This document shows, piece by piece, positions 1 through 10,954 of a stretch of 20,000 nucleotides of DNA. The position numbers and the translations under genes are program-made. The number at the start of each line of letters is the position of its first letter. Within the stretch, counting starts at the first letter, position 1. The notes beneath the pieces are model-generated. The model saw only the letters and a program-made list of their open reading frames with translations. It was not told the origin of the DNA and ran no database searches. The stretch comes from Rotaria socialis (lineage: Eukaryota): the NCBI GenBank assembly GCA_905331295.1, contig CAJNYD010000055.1, positions 120,870-140,869 on the forward strand, in the 5' to 3' direction.

Positions 1-1038
1 GTCTCTGTTGGATTACTTAATGAAGATAATGTAGCAAGCGGTGCTAAGTGCTTTGATTTATAGCTCAGACGAGAATTCTTTTTCGGTTGAAAATGAATGC
101 TACTACACGTTGGAAAACTTGTGATTGATGAATTTGATGGTGACCGAAATTTGGCATGTGTCATAGAACGATAATGACGAGGCGGAGCGTTGCGTGGAAT
201 ACAATCATAGCCATTTAATTTTCCATATCCAGATGAATGCTTAGCTACAATTCGACGATAATCATCATCACGATCATTCTAAAAAAAAGAATTCTGTTTA
301 GATTTTGTTTGCAAACGATTTTCATTACCGTTTTTGATTGTTTCTTTACTTCAGAGGCTCTTTCACTGAGATCCATGTTTAGAGTTTTACGTACAACATC
401 TAATACTAGTGATGATTGAAAAAAATCTTTCAAATTAGGATCTAGCAGTGGTTCATAAGGTGGAATAACTGCATGATGTGCCGAACGAATTGAATCACTA
501 ACAAACGATACTTCACGAAGACGTAATTCAGATTCGGTTAAACTCGGCGCGTAAAAATCCGATGAACGCAATTTAACAGGATAGCCAAATTTAAGACTTA
601 ATAATTTCGATGGTGATCTCATTGTTCCTGTTGGAGTAACCTAATTTTATGTCAAAACTTGAAGAGGAAAATCAGTGGGGAGAACAAAATACATACGGAT
701 CTACTTCTTGTTCCTATGGCATCATTTTTCTCCGATAGTCTACTCTGCGTACGGCATGGTTGATTATATGAAGTCATCGATTTATCGTGAAGCTTTGGTG
801 CTGTAAATCCATTTCCTTTAATACGTATTGAACTAGGCCTATTTGAATTTGTTTTCATCGGTGGTAAGCGCTTATTAGAGTTGGCAGTAAGATCCGATAA
901 AAAAGATCGTCGTTGCTTTTGTTTTTTCTCTACATTTGTTACAATAGTGAGAACTTGCCGATGATGAAATGCCGATCTTGAATCACTATGCAAGTTTTCC
1001 TTCGGATTGGGTGGATAATTAAGTGTTGCAATCTGCAT
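1..1038 (-). CDS. Spliced gene, 3' end outside the window; contains a C17orf98/SPMAP1 (DUF4542)-like axonemal motif
   Basis: Exons 1038-697, 640-329 and 278-<1 join in frame through GT-AG introns (696-641, 328-279) and the frame stays open to the window edge. The segment LRLREVSFVSD..AVIPPYEPLLDPNLKDFFQSSLVLDVVRKT resembles my recollection of C17orf98 ([39 protein letters not shown]). The gene model is firmer than the family call. Confidence 0.7.
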
Positions 1039-1783
1039 TGAAGTATGTCTATGTCAGTCGTTATTTTGCGTGTGTGCGTGCGTTTTCTTTTCTCTGTTTT
1101 ACTATCACACCCAAACTGCGTCAACAAAATGTCTGACTTATATGCTTGAAATCAATTAACACGAACGGCTTATGATGCTATTTGTTTGAGGCAACAATCG
1201 TCAAGTTTATTTAAAGAAAAATATTGGTAAGGAATACTGTTTGTTCTATTTAATCGTCGAAATGAATTACAAATGCATTTTCAGTTGAAACAATGTTGAT
1301 TTTAATAATAGATCGAAACGAAAGAAGAGATGGTTTCACTCTTTATAAATTCTTTCTTTCTTTTTTTGACACCCAACGCCAATTTATAGTCGATTTATGC
1401 GCAAATTTTTAAATAAATTCACTTGTCATAAACCAGTGCAATGAGTTTACTATCGAATCAGATAAATCATTCCGGCTGACTAATCACACAGCATAGAATA
1501 AATCGGATATAGACTGGCACATAGTGAGTTGCATAAGTGAAGGTTGTTGCTTGAATTTATGTGAAGGTTAATTTTTGTTTGTTTTTATTTTCTCTTCGAG
1601 ATTCACGACAAGTATTATTTTCATAATAATGAAAAAGAAAGAAACATACTTGATTGTCAATCTCGATGAATTATTTCATTGCAACAAGGAATAACTCGTT
1701 TTTTTGCGTAAGATTATTCGAACTTCTACGACTGTTAATTTATTGAAAGTCGTATAAATATTCTTTTTATATGAAAATAAAAC

Positions 1784-1829
1784 CTTGTTAGCACAGCCCC
1801 TTTGGGGCTAAAATGTGAAACTCACATAT
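1784..1829. repeat. Hairpin-bearing terminus of a dispersed repeat (copy A), possibly Helitron/Helentron-like
   Basis: CTTGTTAGCACAGCCCCTTTGGGGCTAAAATGTGAAACTCACATAT matches the reverse complement of 10909-10954 at 40/46 positions and contains the hairpin AGCCCC-TTT-GGGGCT. Confidence 0.65.
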
Positions 1830-2045
1830 ATCCCTTAGACGTACTAAAATAATTCAAAATAGTTCGTCTGAAAAATCTACCTTGATTTCCAAAACCTATA
1901 ATTAGGTCATTGTCTATTTGCTTATGTCTGTAATGGAATATTAATTGTTAGCTCTTATATTTAACAGTGGCAGAAACTAGTTTCTATGGCCTGTAATGGG
2001 CAAGCATCGCTTTTTTCGTGTAGTCTGTAATTAAAAATAAATGCG

Positions 2046-2455
2046 AAAACCTCGGATTTAAATCCGAGTGTTATTTGTACTTCAAAAGGTGAAAAGATAT
2101 ATTCACTTTTTTTTTCTATAAGACATAGATCTCATCAAGATAATCCCTTGTCACTAAATTGCAAGGAGAAAATACAGNTGTGAATAATTCTAAGAAAATT
2201 TTTTTTTTTGAAAAATCCATGTACCCCCCCCCTCAGGGTTGGATTGGTCAATAATGACAATTTTTTCGATAACTCAACCATTTCTTGACGGATCCTTCTC
2301 ATCTTCGAACTCGACTGAGACATTAATGAGGCTGAACTGTGTAGAAAATTTCATCATGATCTAACTCTTCTTTCGAGAATTATCGTGTAAACGGACGGCC
2401 GGACGGACACACTGATCGATTCTAGAGTGTTCTCACTTTTTTGAGTACACAAAAA
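2046..2455 (-). mobile_element. Non-autonomous Helentron/DINE-1 (HINE)-like element
   Basis: On the minus strand it starts in a T-run with an imperfect hairpin (GTGTACTCA..TGAGAACAC), followed by the core GTGTGTCCGTCCGGCCGTCCGT. It ends with a partial subterminal inverted copy (TGAAGTACA), a perfect palindrome CTCGGATTTAAATCCGAG (2051-2068) and TTTT. This is the DINE-1/HINE layout. Confidence 0.65.
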
Positions 2456-3488
2456 GGATGTCTACTGCGATCAATAATTTTTCTGTATGTTCGATCCATA
2501 TGTTTGAAACTATCAAATGTTCGCGAGCAATAGAATCATGATTATAATATAAATTCATATCGATATTTTCTCGAAGCATTTCTAATGGTTTTAAATATGA
2601 AATCGGGAAAGATGTCACATCAGTTTTAGCACTTGATGGCAATGGAGCATTTGAAACATATTTCGATGCCAAGTATTAGTGAAAAATCTGTTACATTGAG
2701 CTTTTTAAAACTTTTGTATCATTAGCTGTAATAGCCTTTAATTTTTGATAAATATTTGTTGGCTTACGTATATCAGCTGGGTATAAACCTTTTAAAATCT
2801 ATGTCTTTTAATTGATAGAATTTTTAATGTTGGTGTAAATGCATTAATCATAATAATAGCAACAAGTTCAATGGTTGATAGAACACCTTTTAAACGTATA
2901 GAATATAATCCAATGTAACGATTAAATAATGTTAAATGTTGTTTTAGCTGTAAATGATATCCGGATAAAATTTTCATTAATAAACGTGCTTCATATTCAC
3001 GCAGAGGTTTTTTTTTGAAACAAATATCTCATCATACGCTTTATACATTAATGAGCCACTTTTATCTGGATTTGTAAAATCTTTTAAATGATGTTAAAAA
3101 AATCATTGACGAAATTGTTTATTTGATATATCAATATCTTCACGTAATTGAGAAAAGACAGTTGGTGCTAATGAATCGATCTCATCATCGATTTCTGTAC
3201 TTTGAATATTAGTATCTTCTTGAATTTTTAATTTATGATTATACGTGAATGAAATATACGATGTTGAGTACTAATGACAGCTGTTTCATTTTCTATGTAT
3301 TCTTGAAGTTCTACTGTTATATCATCAAGTAAATCAATCACAGCTTGGCGTAGTGCTCGTTCAATAATTGAACTTTTTGAACTAGCATAACGTAATTCTA
3401 ATGGAGATTTAACATGGGGTCCCAAATGAAAATCTAATCGATCCCATAAATCAATAGTAGCTATACAAGCCTTCTGATATTTCATCAT
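2456..3488 (-). pseudogene. Decayed, apparently intronless phosphatidylinositol phosphate kinase (PIP5K-family) pseudogene
   Basis: Manual translation: LAPTVFSQLREDIDIS..Q*FF*HHLKDFTNPDKSGSLMYKAYDEIFVSK-(frameshift)-LREYEARLLMKILSGYHLQL..TLFNRYIGLYSIR..KLNVTDFSLILGI..AVDIL. These match the PIP5K motifs YAP.F...R, NPGxSGS.F, IIKT...E, K.YGLY, MDYSLL.G and IIDIL. Stops and frameshifts are present and no DLKGS motif was found. Confidence 0.85.
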
Positions 3489-3969
3489 TGCTAGTTACCG
3501 TACTTTATTTTATGTAATATGAAAGTAATTAAATGCTCATTATGCTTCAATAAAATCGAATGGTAGAGATATTGCCAAGAAACGGTTATCAATAGTATAT
3601 GTTTTTATCAGATGGATCTTCCAGACCTAAACAACGCTGACTAGTTTCAAAGTTGGATGAATTCAATAACAAATAATTCAGTTTTTTATTCTGAGTCGAA
3701 TGATAAGTAGTTAGAATTAAACTTGAAATTTGATTATGTCATGTGAATCCTCTGTTAGTTAGTTTCTTGAAAAGCCACAAATCCCTATTCTATGCATATA
3801 TGAAACGCTAGCTGATTCGTCTTCTACACCGAACGTGCATCGAGACTTTATTCGATAATACACGTATATACAATGCCTCTATCTTCTCAACTTCAAAGAA
3901 CAAAAATAACGGAATTCATATCTGTTGTAGAAAAAGAATACTTGCTCATCTAAAGATAAATTAATCCTA

Positions 3970-4320
3970 AATCAAATTCAACCGACTGCTCAATATCCTC
4001 TTGTCCCTTTCAATCGATGTTTATTTCGTTCACGTTTGCATAAAAGTCTAAAGAAAAAAAGATTCATTGATCATAATAAGGCATGAATAATTTATGTAAA
4101 TATATATACGTGAATAAAGACGTGGAAATCGGGTGAGCGCTTGAACCAATGCCCGCATACTGCCAGTGTGAAAGCTCTGCATTGATTGAACCGATCCACT
4201 GTTGAACTTAGCTTCGATAGTGTCGTTATCTGTAGCACCCTCTATTAGATCTTCGATTACGAATGGTTGGAGGGTTTCGCTGCTGTCTAGGGAGACGAAA
4301 GCATTTTGTGCGAAGAAATT
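3970..4320 (-). pseudogene. Possible degraded two-exon coding fragment of unknown family
   Basis: Open frame NFFAQNAFVSLDSSETLQPFVIEDLIEGATDNDTIEAKF..ALTRFPRLYS, then an in-phase ~60-nt GT-AG intron (~4108-4048) and HFYANVNEINID*KGQEDIEQ with an internal TGA. No start codon and no recognised domain. Confidence 0.3.
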
Positions 4321-4533
4321 TTAAGTACAAGCATCTTACTGCTGGTTCACAACTCATTATAATATCAGACACGCACTCTTTCAAAATGCACGTTATTGTT
4401 CAATTGAAGGAAGCACTACGTTGAATAGGTGAGTGACGTGATTTTGTCAGATAATTGTTCAAGTGTAGTTGACAAATAGTGTGTGCTGTTTCCATACCAA
4501 TAGCTAGAGTTAGTGACGGTTTTGCTAGCTTGT

Positions 4534-4633
4534 NNNNNNNNNNNNNNNNNNNNNNNNNNNNNNNNNNNNNNNNNNNNNNNNNNNNNNNNNNNNNNNNNNN
4601 NNNNNNNNNNNNNNNNNNNNNNNNNNNNNNNNN
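4534..4633. other. Assembly gap (100 N)
   Basis: Run of 100 N. Confidence 0.99.
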
Positions 4634-4756
4634 GATTCCCAGTCGAGATTCATTTTCTTTTCTTTTGTGTTCGTTCTTTTCGAGTGATAAACACACGCCG
4701 TCACACATCTTTTATTCCAAAGTATGAATAAAATTAAGTCCTGTCATACATACATT

Positions 4757-4781
4757 TATATATATATATATATATATATAT
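4757..4781. repeat. (TA)n microsatellite
   Basis: About 12 uninterrupted TA units. Confidence 0.95.
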
Positions 4782-4787
4782 GATTTA

Positions 4788-4945
4788 CATAAATTTCCAT
4801 GTTTTTAACAGCAGCGAAAGGTTTTAGATAACTACACAATGTGTTTCTACAAAAGTAAGTTCTGTCAACTATGGTAGTGTTTCTTTATATACATTGTGTA
4901 GTTATGTAAAAACTTTCGCTGCTATTAAAAACATAGAAATTTATG
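4788..4945. mobile_element. Small foldback/MITE-like element with 55-bp inverted arms
   Basis: CATAAATTTCCATG...CTACACAATGT (4788-4842) pairs with 4891-4945 at 51/55 positions around a 48-nt spacer. No clear TSD. Confidence 0.75.
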
Positions 4946-5287
4946 GTTTTCGTATAATATAATCGTAACCCCGTAGAATTATCAATCGCGGATTTAGTAG
5001 ATTTCACTGAATTGCAATTCAAATTTGTCGCACAAAACTCCTATCGCGCAATTCGCTATAAGCTGACATGACCTCTATGTGCATTCACCCAAATGTCGCA
5101 ATTCTAGTATTATATCAATGCAAAATATTTAGAGCTCTTCAGTTTCATTAAGCAGATATAATTTAGCTATAGCAAAGTTTCCTGTATTCTTTACATTGAT
5201 CAGCTTATGGAAATTACATTGCACCTTTTATACGAGTCGTTTGGAATTCAAAAATTGTAGCATTGATCTGGTTTCCTTACTATTAAT

Positions 5288-6196
5288 ATGGACAAGGGAC
5301 TGTTGTGGAGTAAAAGACCGTTTCGTCACGGCATTATAAGGTTTTTTTCAACATCAGTAAAATTTATTGCAGCTTTGCTCTTAGTTGTAACCGTTAGTTT
5401 CTATCAGTGGAAAGTTATTGCGCTAAAGCATGACAAAGGTGCAGCCTGTATAGAGAGCAGAGAAGTACGGGTGAATACACCAAAAACAGTACCCGCAGTG
5501 TTCGACAGCATAAACCAATACTATAAAACCATGAGTAAACTACAGCTCGAGATCGATGCTATCATGAGATCGCGCGAGAAAGTAATTGGCAATATCGCCT
5601 GGTTTCCACCACAAGTTTATTATTACGCTCGTGAATCAAGTCAAAGTTGGATCCATAACATATGTGAAGTCGGCTACGGAGCCGGTCACTCCGCAATACT
5701 GTATCTCTCGGTTAATGGGAAAGCGAATCTTTACTCCTTTGATATTTTTGCCAATTTACCAGCCCAGAGGTCGTTTCGCAATACAAGAGCTCTAACGCTT
5801 CCGAAAACGTATCAATCTTCGACGCTGTCACTCATCGCACGCACACCTGATTTTGCAAACCGGTTTCAAAAGATAGCTGGAGATTCAAATGTAACATTGC
5901 CCGCGTTTGTGAAAGAAAATCCTCAACTTAAATGTGATTTTATATCGATAGATGGATCACATGTTCCACCACAACCGTATTTTGATATATTAAACTTAAG
6001 ACCTCTAGCGCACAACAGAACAATAGTAGTCCTGGACGATATGCATTCAAACCTGATGAGAAACGATTTTGATAGAGCCATAACGAGTAAATTACTCATT
6101 CAATACGAATGCTTGACTCCAGAATACCGCACCGACATGCGTTTCGCGTCTTACACAACCAGCATAAAAGTTTTTTGTGCTGCACGCTATGTTTGA
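5288..6196 (+). CDS. Intronless class I SAM-dependent methyltransferase (Methyltransf_24-like) with an N-terminal signal anchor, 302 aa
   Basis: Intact ATG-TGA ORF. Hydrophobic segment FIAALLLVVTVSFYQW; motif I ICEVGYGAGHSA; YSFDIF; GDSNVTLP; CDFISIDGSH; IVVLDD. Confidence 0.88.
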   Translation: MDKGLLWSKRPFRHGIIRFFSTSVKFIAALLLVVTVSFYQWKVIALKHDKGAACIESREVRVNTPKTVPAVFDSINQYYKTMSKLQLEIDAIMRSREKVIGNIAWFPPQVYYYARESSQSWIHNICEVGYGAGHSAILYLSVNGKANLYSFDIFANLPAQRSFRNTRALTLPKTYQSSTLSLIARTPDFANRFQKIAGDSNVTLPAFVKENPQLKCDFISIDGSHVPPQPYFDILNLRPLAHNRTIVVLDDMHSNLMRNDFDRAITSKLLIQYECLTPEYRTDMRFASYTTSIKVFCAARYV

Positions 6197-8071
6197 CAAA
6201 ACTTCCATCACGGTTACATCAAGATTTCCTTCAGAGACCGTATAAGATAACATAATTTTATTAAATCACTGCCTAATCGTCAAGTTAGTCAGACTAAAGA
6301 ATGTGATTTGAGAAAAGCCGGGTACGCTTCCGACCAACAATTGAAACGTGCGCATTTGCGAAAGATAGGAACCCGGTTCACTATCGTGTCGACTTTGCTC
6401 AATGGTACTTCTTGTTCCTTAAGTAATGCCCAGAGGGAAAGCCATTTCTGGTGGATTCTAGAATGTGCCAGAATTCATGGAATCCCCGAGAATCTATCAG
6501 AATCCACTAAGAACACGGTGCTTCGTAGTTTGAAAAATATATGGGGGTGAATGTTTTATATTGATATGAATCGTAAATCTGTCTTGTTTGGATGCATTAA
6601 CATAGCTACTTCAAATCGGATAGATAAAATTTATCACTATTCTCATTGTTTTTCCCCGTTATCTTCTTCTCTTAAGAGTAATGATCCTAATAATTTTCTA
6701 TGTATGGCAGATTGAGAGCAAGTTTAGTTCCAGTTTCCGATAAAAATCTCCTTACATTGTGTAAAATGTTCGAGATGTTCCAGCGGTCAGTTGACTGCCA
6801 GTGAATTCCCAAGACATTAGTCACATATGAGATACAAGAAAGACGACAAAACATAACAGTAATGATGACTATCACATAGGATCATAGTTTGAAGTGTTAA
6901 TCAGTTGGCGTTAACCAAGAAGTTGCCTTAGTTTTTGTCAGGTATATAATCATATGATGTCGTCTCCTAATATAATTCATGCACTCCTACGTTCTTTCTA
7001 CGTGAATAAGGCTTCCTACTGGCAGCATATTACAAATAAATCATTACGTTGTCAATTCTAAACCCTCGCATATTTCTCCTCACCTTCAAACTAAAAAAGA
7101 CGTACATAAATATAGTGCAGACTGAAAATAATCGCAGAAGTTTCAACATTTGACGTAGTGGTACCCTTTTTCTTTGTCTACCAAATATTCTATCAAGAGA
7201 GATTAGAAAATAGAGCATTTCGTACGCGCATCGTGTTTTCAAAACACTACTTTCACGTTGTAAACTATACCAATATAGCCATACTCAACATAGATACGTC
7301 TGAGTTAAGTGTATTCCGTTGAGTGTGCTCTTCCGCGATATTCACATCATTTACATGAAGATTCTCTAACCAAAAATTATCAAACAGCTAATTTACAAGA
7401 GATTCGAATGTTTATTTTAGGTGATCTTTTTTCGACCATATTTGTTTCGACGATGACGAACACTTTCTATATTTTTTTACTTCTAACCTTGTTCTATCTA
7501 TTCTTCTACCTTTTTGCAACTACCAATCGAAAGAGCTTGAAAAATTACACTGACTCTTCAAATCTTACGTTGTAACAGGACTGACTTCACAAACTGTTAT
7601 AGGCAAAAATTTCGATATGTTAGAGAAAATGTTTATTTCTGCTGGGGCATCGCTAGTTCCTTTGTAAATGTTACAATTTAAGATTTAAAAGGCTTAGATA
7701 AACATAGAACGCAAAAATCTGAGTTAGAAAAGTTGTTTTCGCGGAGTTTGTGGGAATAATTATGCTAGGAGGGTCAAATAATCAGGAAAGCGGTGCAAAT
7801 AGTGATTAGAGTTATTTCACATATAAAAGCTTTTTGAGAGTTCTCACGATGATGTTCGTAATCAGCACTTCTAAGTCTTCAAACTCTTACGATTTTGACT
7901 TGTCAACAAAAAAAATTATATTCATGATGCCTGAGGGGACCCCAGATACAAAAAGTTTGAATATTGTTGTTCGAGGAATATACTAAATGAAAATAACCAG
8001 AAGCAATCGCGTATTCTATGCCAAAAAAGATGCTCACGCTCATGAGCACTCATATGAGCGTGAGTTGTACA

Positions 8072-9093
8072 CATCGGCGGCGGAACGTTTTGAATTTAGG
8101 GGAGGCTCAAATCTTTTTCAACGAACGATAAAAAGTCGACATTTCGAGAGAAGATAGACTTTTAAAATTCGTTGTCACAACTTTGATTGAAAAACTTTTC
8201 TGTATTGATCCATTTATATGGCAGCATAGCAATCGAAAATTCTGTTCCTAGTCAAGAATCACTTAACGGATCCCCAGAGTCCCCACCAATTTTGGATTTT
8301 TTAGAAGGGCCTGTCATGAGTTCCCGAGGAGTTAAGAAAAATATGAAAAATTTCTATCGAAACTATCCAAAATCTACGTAAAAATCCGAGTGTCTTCGAA
8401 AATTTGTAAAAGATTTCTAAAAACTGAGTGGAGTGTCTTAAAAATTCCAAGAAACTCTCCGTTCACTTCTCGAGATTTCTATGGCACTTTCCAGTCATCT
8501 TTTAGAAATTCCTTACGAATTTTCGCAAATACTTTCGAATTTTAACGTAGGTTTTTGTTAGTCTCGATAGAAAATTTTCAAATTTTTCTTAACTCGCCGA
8601 GGACTCACGACAGGGACTGCCTGGGGATTCATTAGGTGATTCTCGGCTAGAGACTATACTATCAAAATTTTTATTTCCTTATCAACATAAGCATAAAAAC
8701 ATTTTAAATTTTGACTAAAGCAAACATATCATAAGTACAAAAACTATTGTTCATACCCAGTAACGTCTTTTCTCTAGTTTTTTTCAATACACTCAGAACA
8801 AATGCTCTTCATGTCTAACTGATCTAGTTTCCCTTAATGAATATGAGAAATAAAGACATGATTAAAGCGTTGCTGTGTCATTATTGATCGTAGATGTCTT
8901 TATTCCATTTATAACACTGAAGCATATCTGAGCCGCAGTCGTTGAAGTGAGATTTGTAAACTGTAATGCAATAAATTTACAATATTCATGAAACAGATTT
9001 CCTAATATATTGTAAGTGAAGTAAATCACGACGAAATCTGTATTCTTTTCAAATATCCGAGCCTCCCCAAGCCTAATGGCTCCGCCGCCTATG
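8072..9093. mobile_element. Non-autonomous hAT-type DNA transposon, 1022 bp
   Basis: TIRs CATCGGCGGCGGA / CATAGGCGGCGGA (12/13) plus a shared GGGGAGGCTC subterminal block. Perfect 8-bp TSD GTTGTACA at 8064-8071 and 9094-9101. Confidence 0.9.
8248..8650. mobile_element. Long imperfect foldback (MITE-like) nested in the hAT element
   Basis: CTAGTCAAGAATCACTTAACGGATCCCCAG pairs with CTGGGGATTCATTAGGTGATTCTCGGCTAG. GAGTTAAGAAAAATATGAAAAATTTCTATCGA pairs with TCGATAGAAAATTTTCAAATTTTTCTTAACTC. Pairing continues toward a centre near 8455, with an unpaired insert on the left arm. Confidence 0.75.
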
Positions 9094-10546
9094 GTTGTAC
9101 ATCCCTAGTTGCTCGCACTAGTATTGATATTGTATTTGTTATTGCTTTCAACTGCTAATGTTGCTTTGAACCTACAATGAAGCAGATGAAATTTTAAATC
9201 ACAATATATTATAGAGAGCAGTAAAAGAAATATATAGATTACTTATCTCTACTTTTCTCAGTACACCCTTGATCATAACTAAATTGGAAAAGTTATACTC
9301 TTTACTTTAGAGAGTTATTCGATCATTTGTTGTGAAAATTATATAAAATCTGTTTTTCTGTCATGTGTGAAAATCAGCTGTTTTGTTTACAGAACGTACA
9401 AAATTTAAAAAAAGCTCATTGAATGAATGCATCTCTAATACTGCCTTATGATAAAACAAAAAGTACCGCTTACCTTCTCTAATCGTACATCAGTATCTTA
9501 TTGTGGTAGTTATGGTATATTGTTTCTTTATTTCATCTGAAGTCTACATCTTGCATCCCAAATAGCACCAGTAAATTGTAGACAAAGGCATCCGAGACTG
9601 TGAATAAATTTTAAACATCCTAAAACTTTCATAAAAATTAACATGTTAAGGAAGAATAGTATCGAAACAATAAAATAATACTTACTACTGAATTAAGTAT
9701 TGCTTTATGTTTTGTGGTTTTATTTTCCTAAAATGTTTAAAACAATAAAATTATTCAAGGTAAATAGATTTCAATAATTCTCTAGAATTGATCGATATAT
9801 TAAGATAAAACATTAAACCTATCAATTCTTGGCAGAAACAAAAGCAATATTCAGTAGTTTGTCGGTTTTAGTTTGTAAAGTGCGCATCTCATTTTCAAAA
9901 ATGCTGTATCGACATCGGGAAAAATATAGCACCTGGAAGACATACAAAAATATCATATGCCAAGAAATAAAATTTAAAAAGATTAAAAGCTTCAGAACCG
10001 TTCAGAATGTATAAATAAAATATACATAAGAGAAGCAAGCGTGTGCGGGTGTGAATGACGACTATTTCCTGCCAGCACCCACACCCTAATGAAAGATGCT
10101 TAGAATCCTGTTTTACGAAGAAAATGTAAGTTGAAACGATCTAGAATGATAATCACAACGATTCTCTACAATTTATGCAATATCTCGATGGGTGCAAAAT
10201 GATGCGTGGAGCGGTTTTTTCCAGAATCAAAATGCTGTACGATGACCCGGTAAACGGGTTTAGAATTTTGTTTAACAAATAAAAAGTATGACAGGAATGT
10301 TCTGGATTATTCTTAGCGTGTGTATTGGTGACTCAGATATTGTTCGGTTCGGGTTACAATGTTTTTCAGGGTGGTTGCTATTGGGGGAAATGATTGTTTG
10401 GCGATCTGTTCGTGGTGATGTTAGGAACTATGTGTGATTATTCGTGAGGCGTAGTTGTGTCGTTTGGTGTGGGTTTCTAGAAGAATATAGTTGATGCATC
10501 TTCTGACTGAAGAATGCTTGTATGAGAGTTTCTTTATGAGGTCCTT

Positions 10547-10826
10547 GTCATCGGAATCTGATGGAATCCGGCCAAAGATGTGGTGAAGCCCTTGTGAACC
10601 CGGGATCACCGGTAGTTAGGGTTGATCGGTTTCGACAATGTTCGGTTGTATTATCCGGCAGGAAACGACCGGACCATTTTCCTTTGAATTCCGGCCCTGA
10701 TTCCGGGAGCAGAGATTCCGGCAAAACCCATGACGGATCCTGGCAGATTTTAGTGGGAAACATGCCGGCTTCTGGAGTGGTCCGGTGCCGGTTTCGATGG
10801 GTCCCGCCAGGGTCGAGTGACTTGGG
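10547..10826. mobile_element. GC-rich CACTA/EnSpm-type terminus (CCCAAG end plus CCGG-rich subterminal repeats); other end uncertain
   Basis: Ends in GACTTGGG at 10826 (reverse complement CCCAAGTC, resembling the CCCAGGTC ends at 11080 and 15792). Dense TCCGG/CCGGA/CCGGC motifs in both orientations over ~280 bp. Confidence 0.6.
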
Positions 10827-10908
10827 TAACAGCTTTTTTCTGCCAATCAATTTTCTTGCAGTAAATTTCACACCACGCATTATGTATAAGTAAATTAGGC
10901 AAAAGATC

Positions 10909-10954
10909 ATATGTGAGTTCCGCATTTTAGCCCCGAAGGGGTTACGCTAACAAG
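10909..10954. repeat. Hairpin-bearing terminus of a dispersed repeat (copy B)
   Basis: Inverted 40/46 match to 1784-1829 with a CCCC-GAA-GGGG hairpin. Similarity stops after the shared 46 bp. Confidence 0.65.

Noticed and set aside
1784..1840. Hammerhead ribozyme (stem-loop followed by GAAAC)
   Set aside because: No CTGA(T/A)GA core upstream, and copy B reads GGAAC.
4400..4731. ORFs spanning the N run
   Set aside because: Artefacts of translating through the assembly gap.
6429..6547. Small GTGGATTCT/AGAATCCAC inverted repeat after a CCCAG
   Set aside because: Possibly an old MITE remnant, but too short and degenerate to define ends or a TSD.
6687..6875. VLGIHW resembling a BEL/Pao reverse transcriptase motif
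   Set aside because: Isolated short match with no other RT or RNase H motifs nearby.
7000..8030. Short ORFs and probable old repeat remnants
   Set aside because: No definable TIRs, TSDs or protein motifs by eye.
10421..10925. Four overlapping ORFs on both strands
   Set aside because: By-product of GC-rich palindromic subterminal repeats with few stop codons; no domain recognised.
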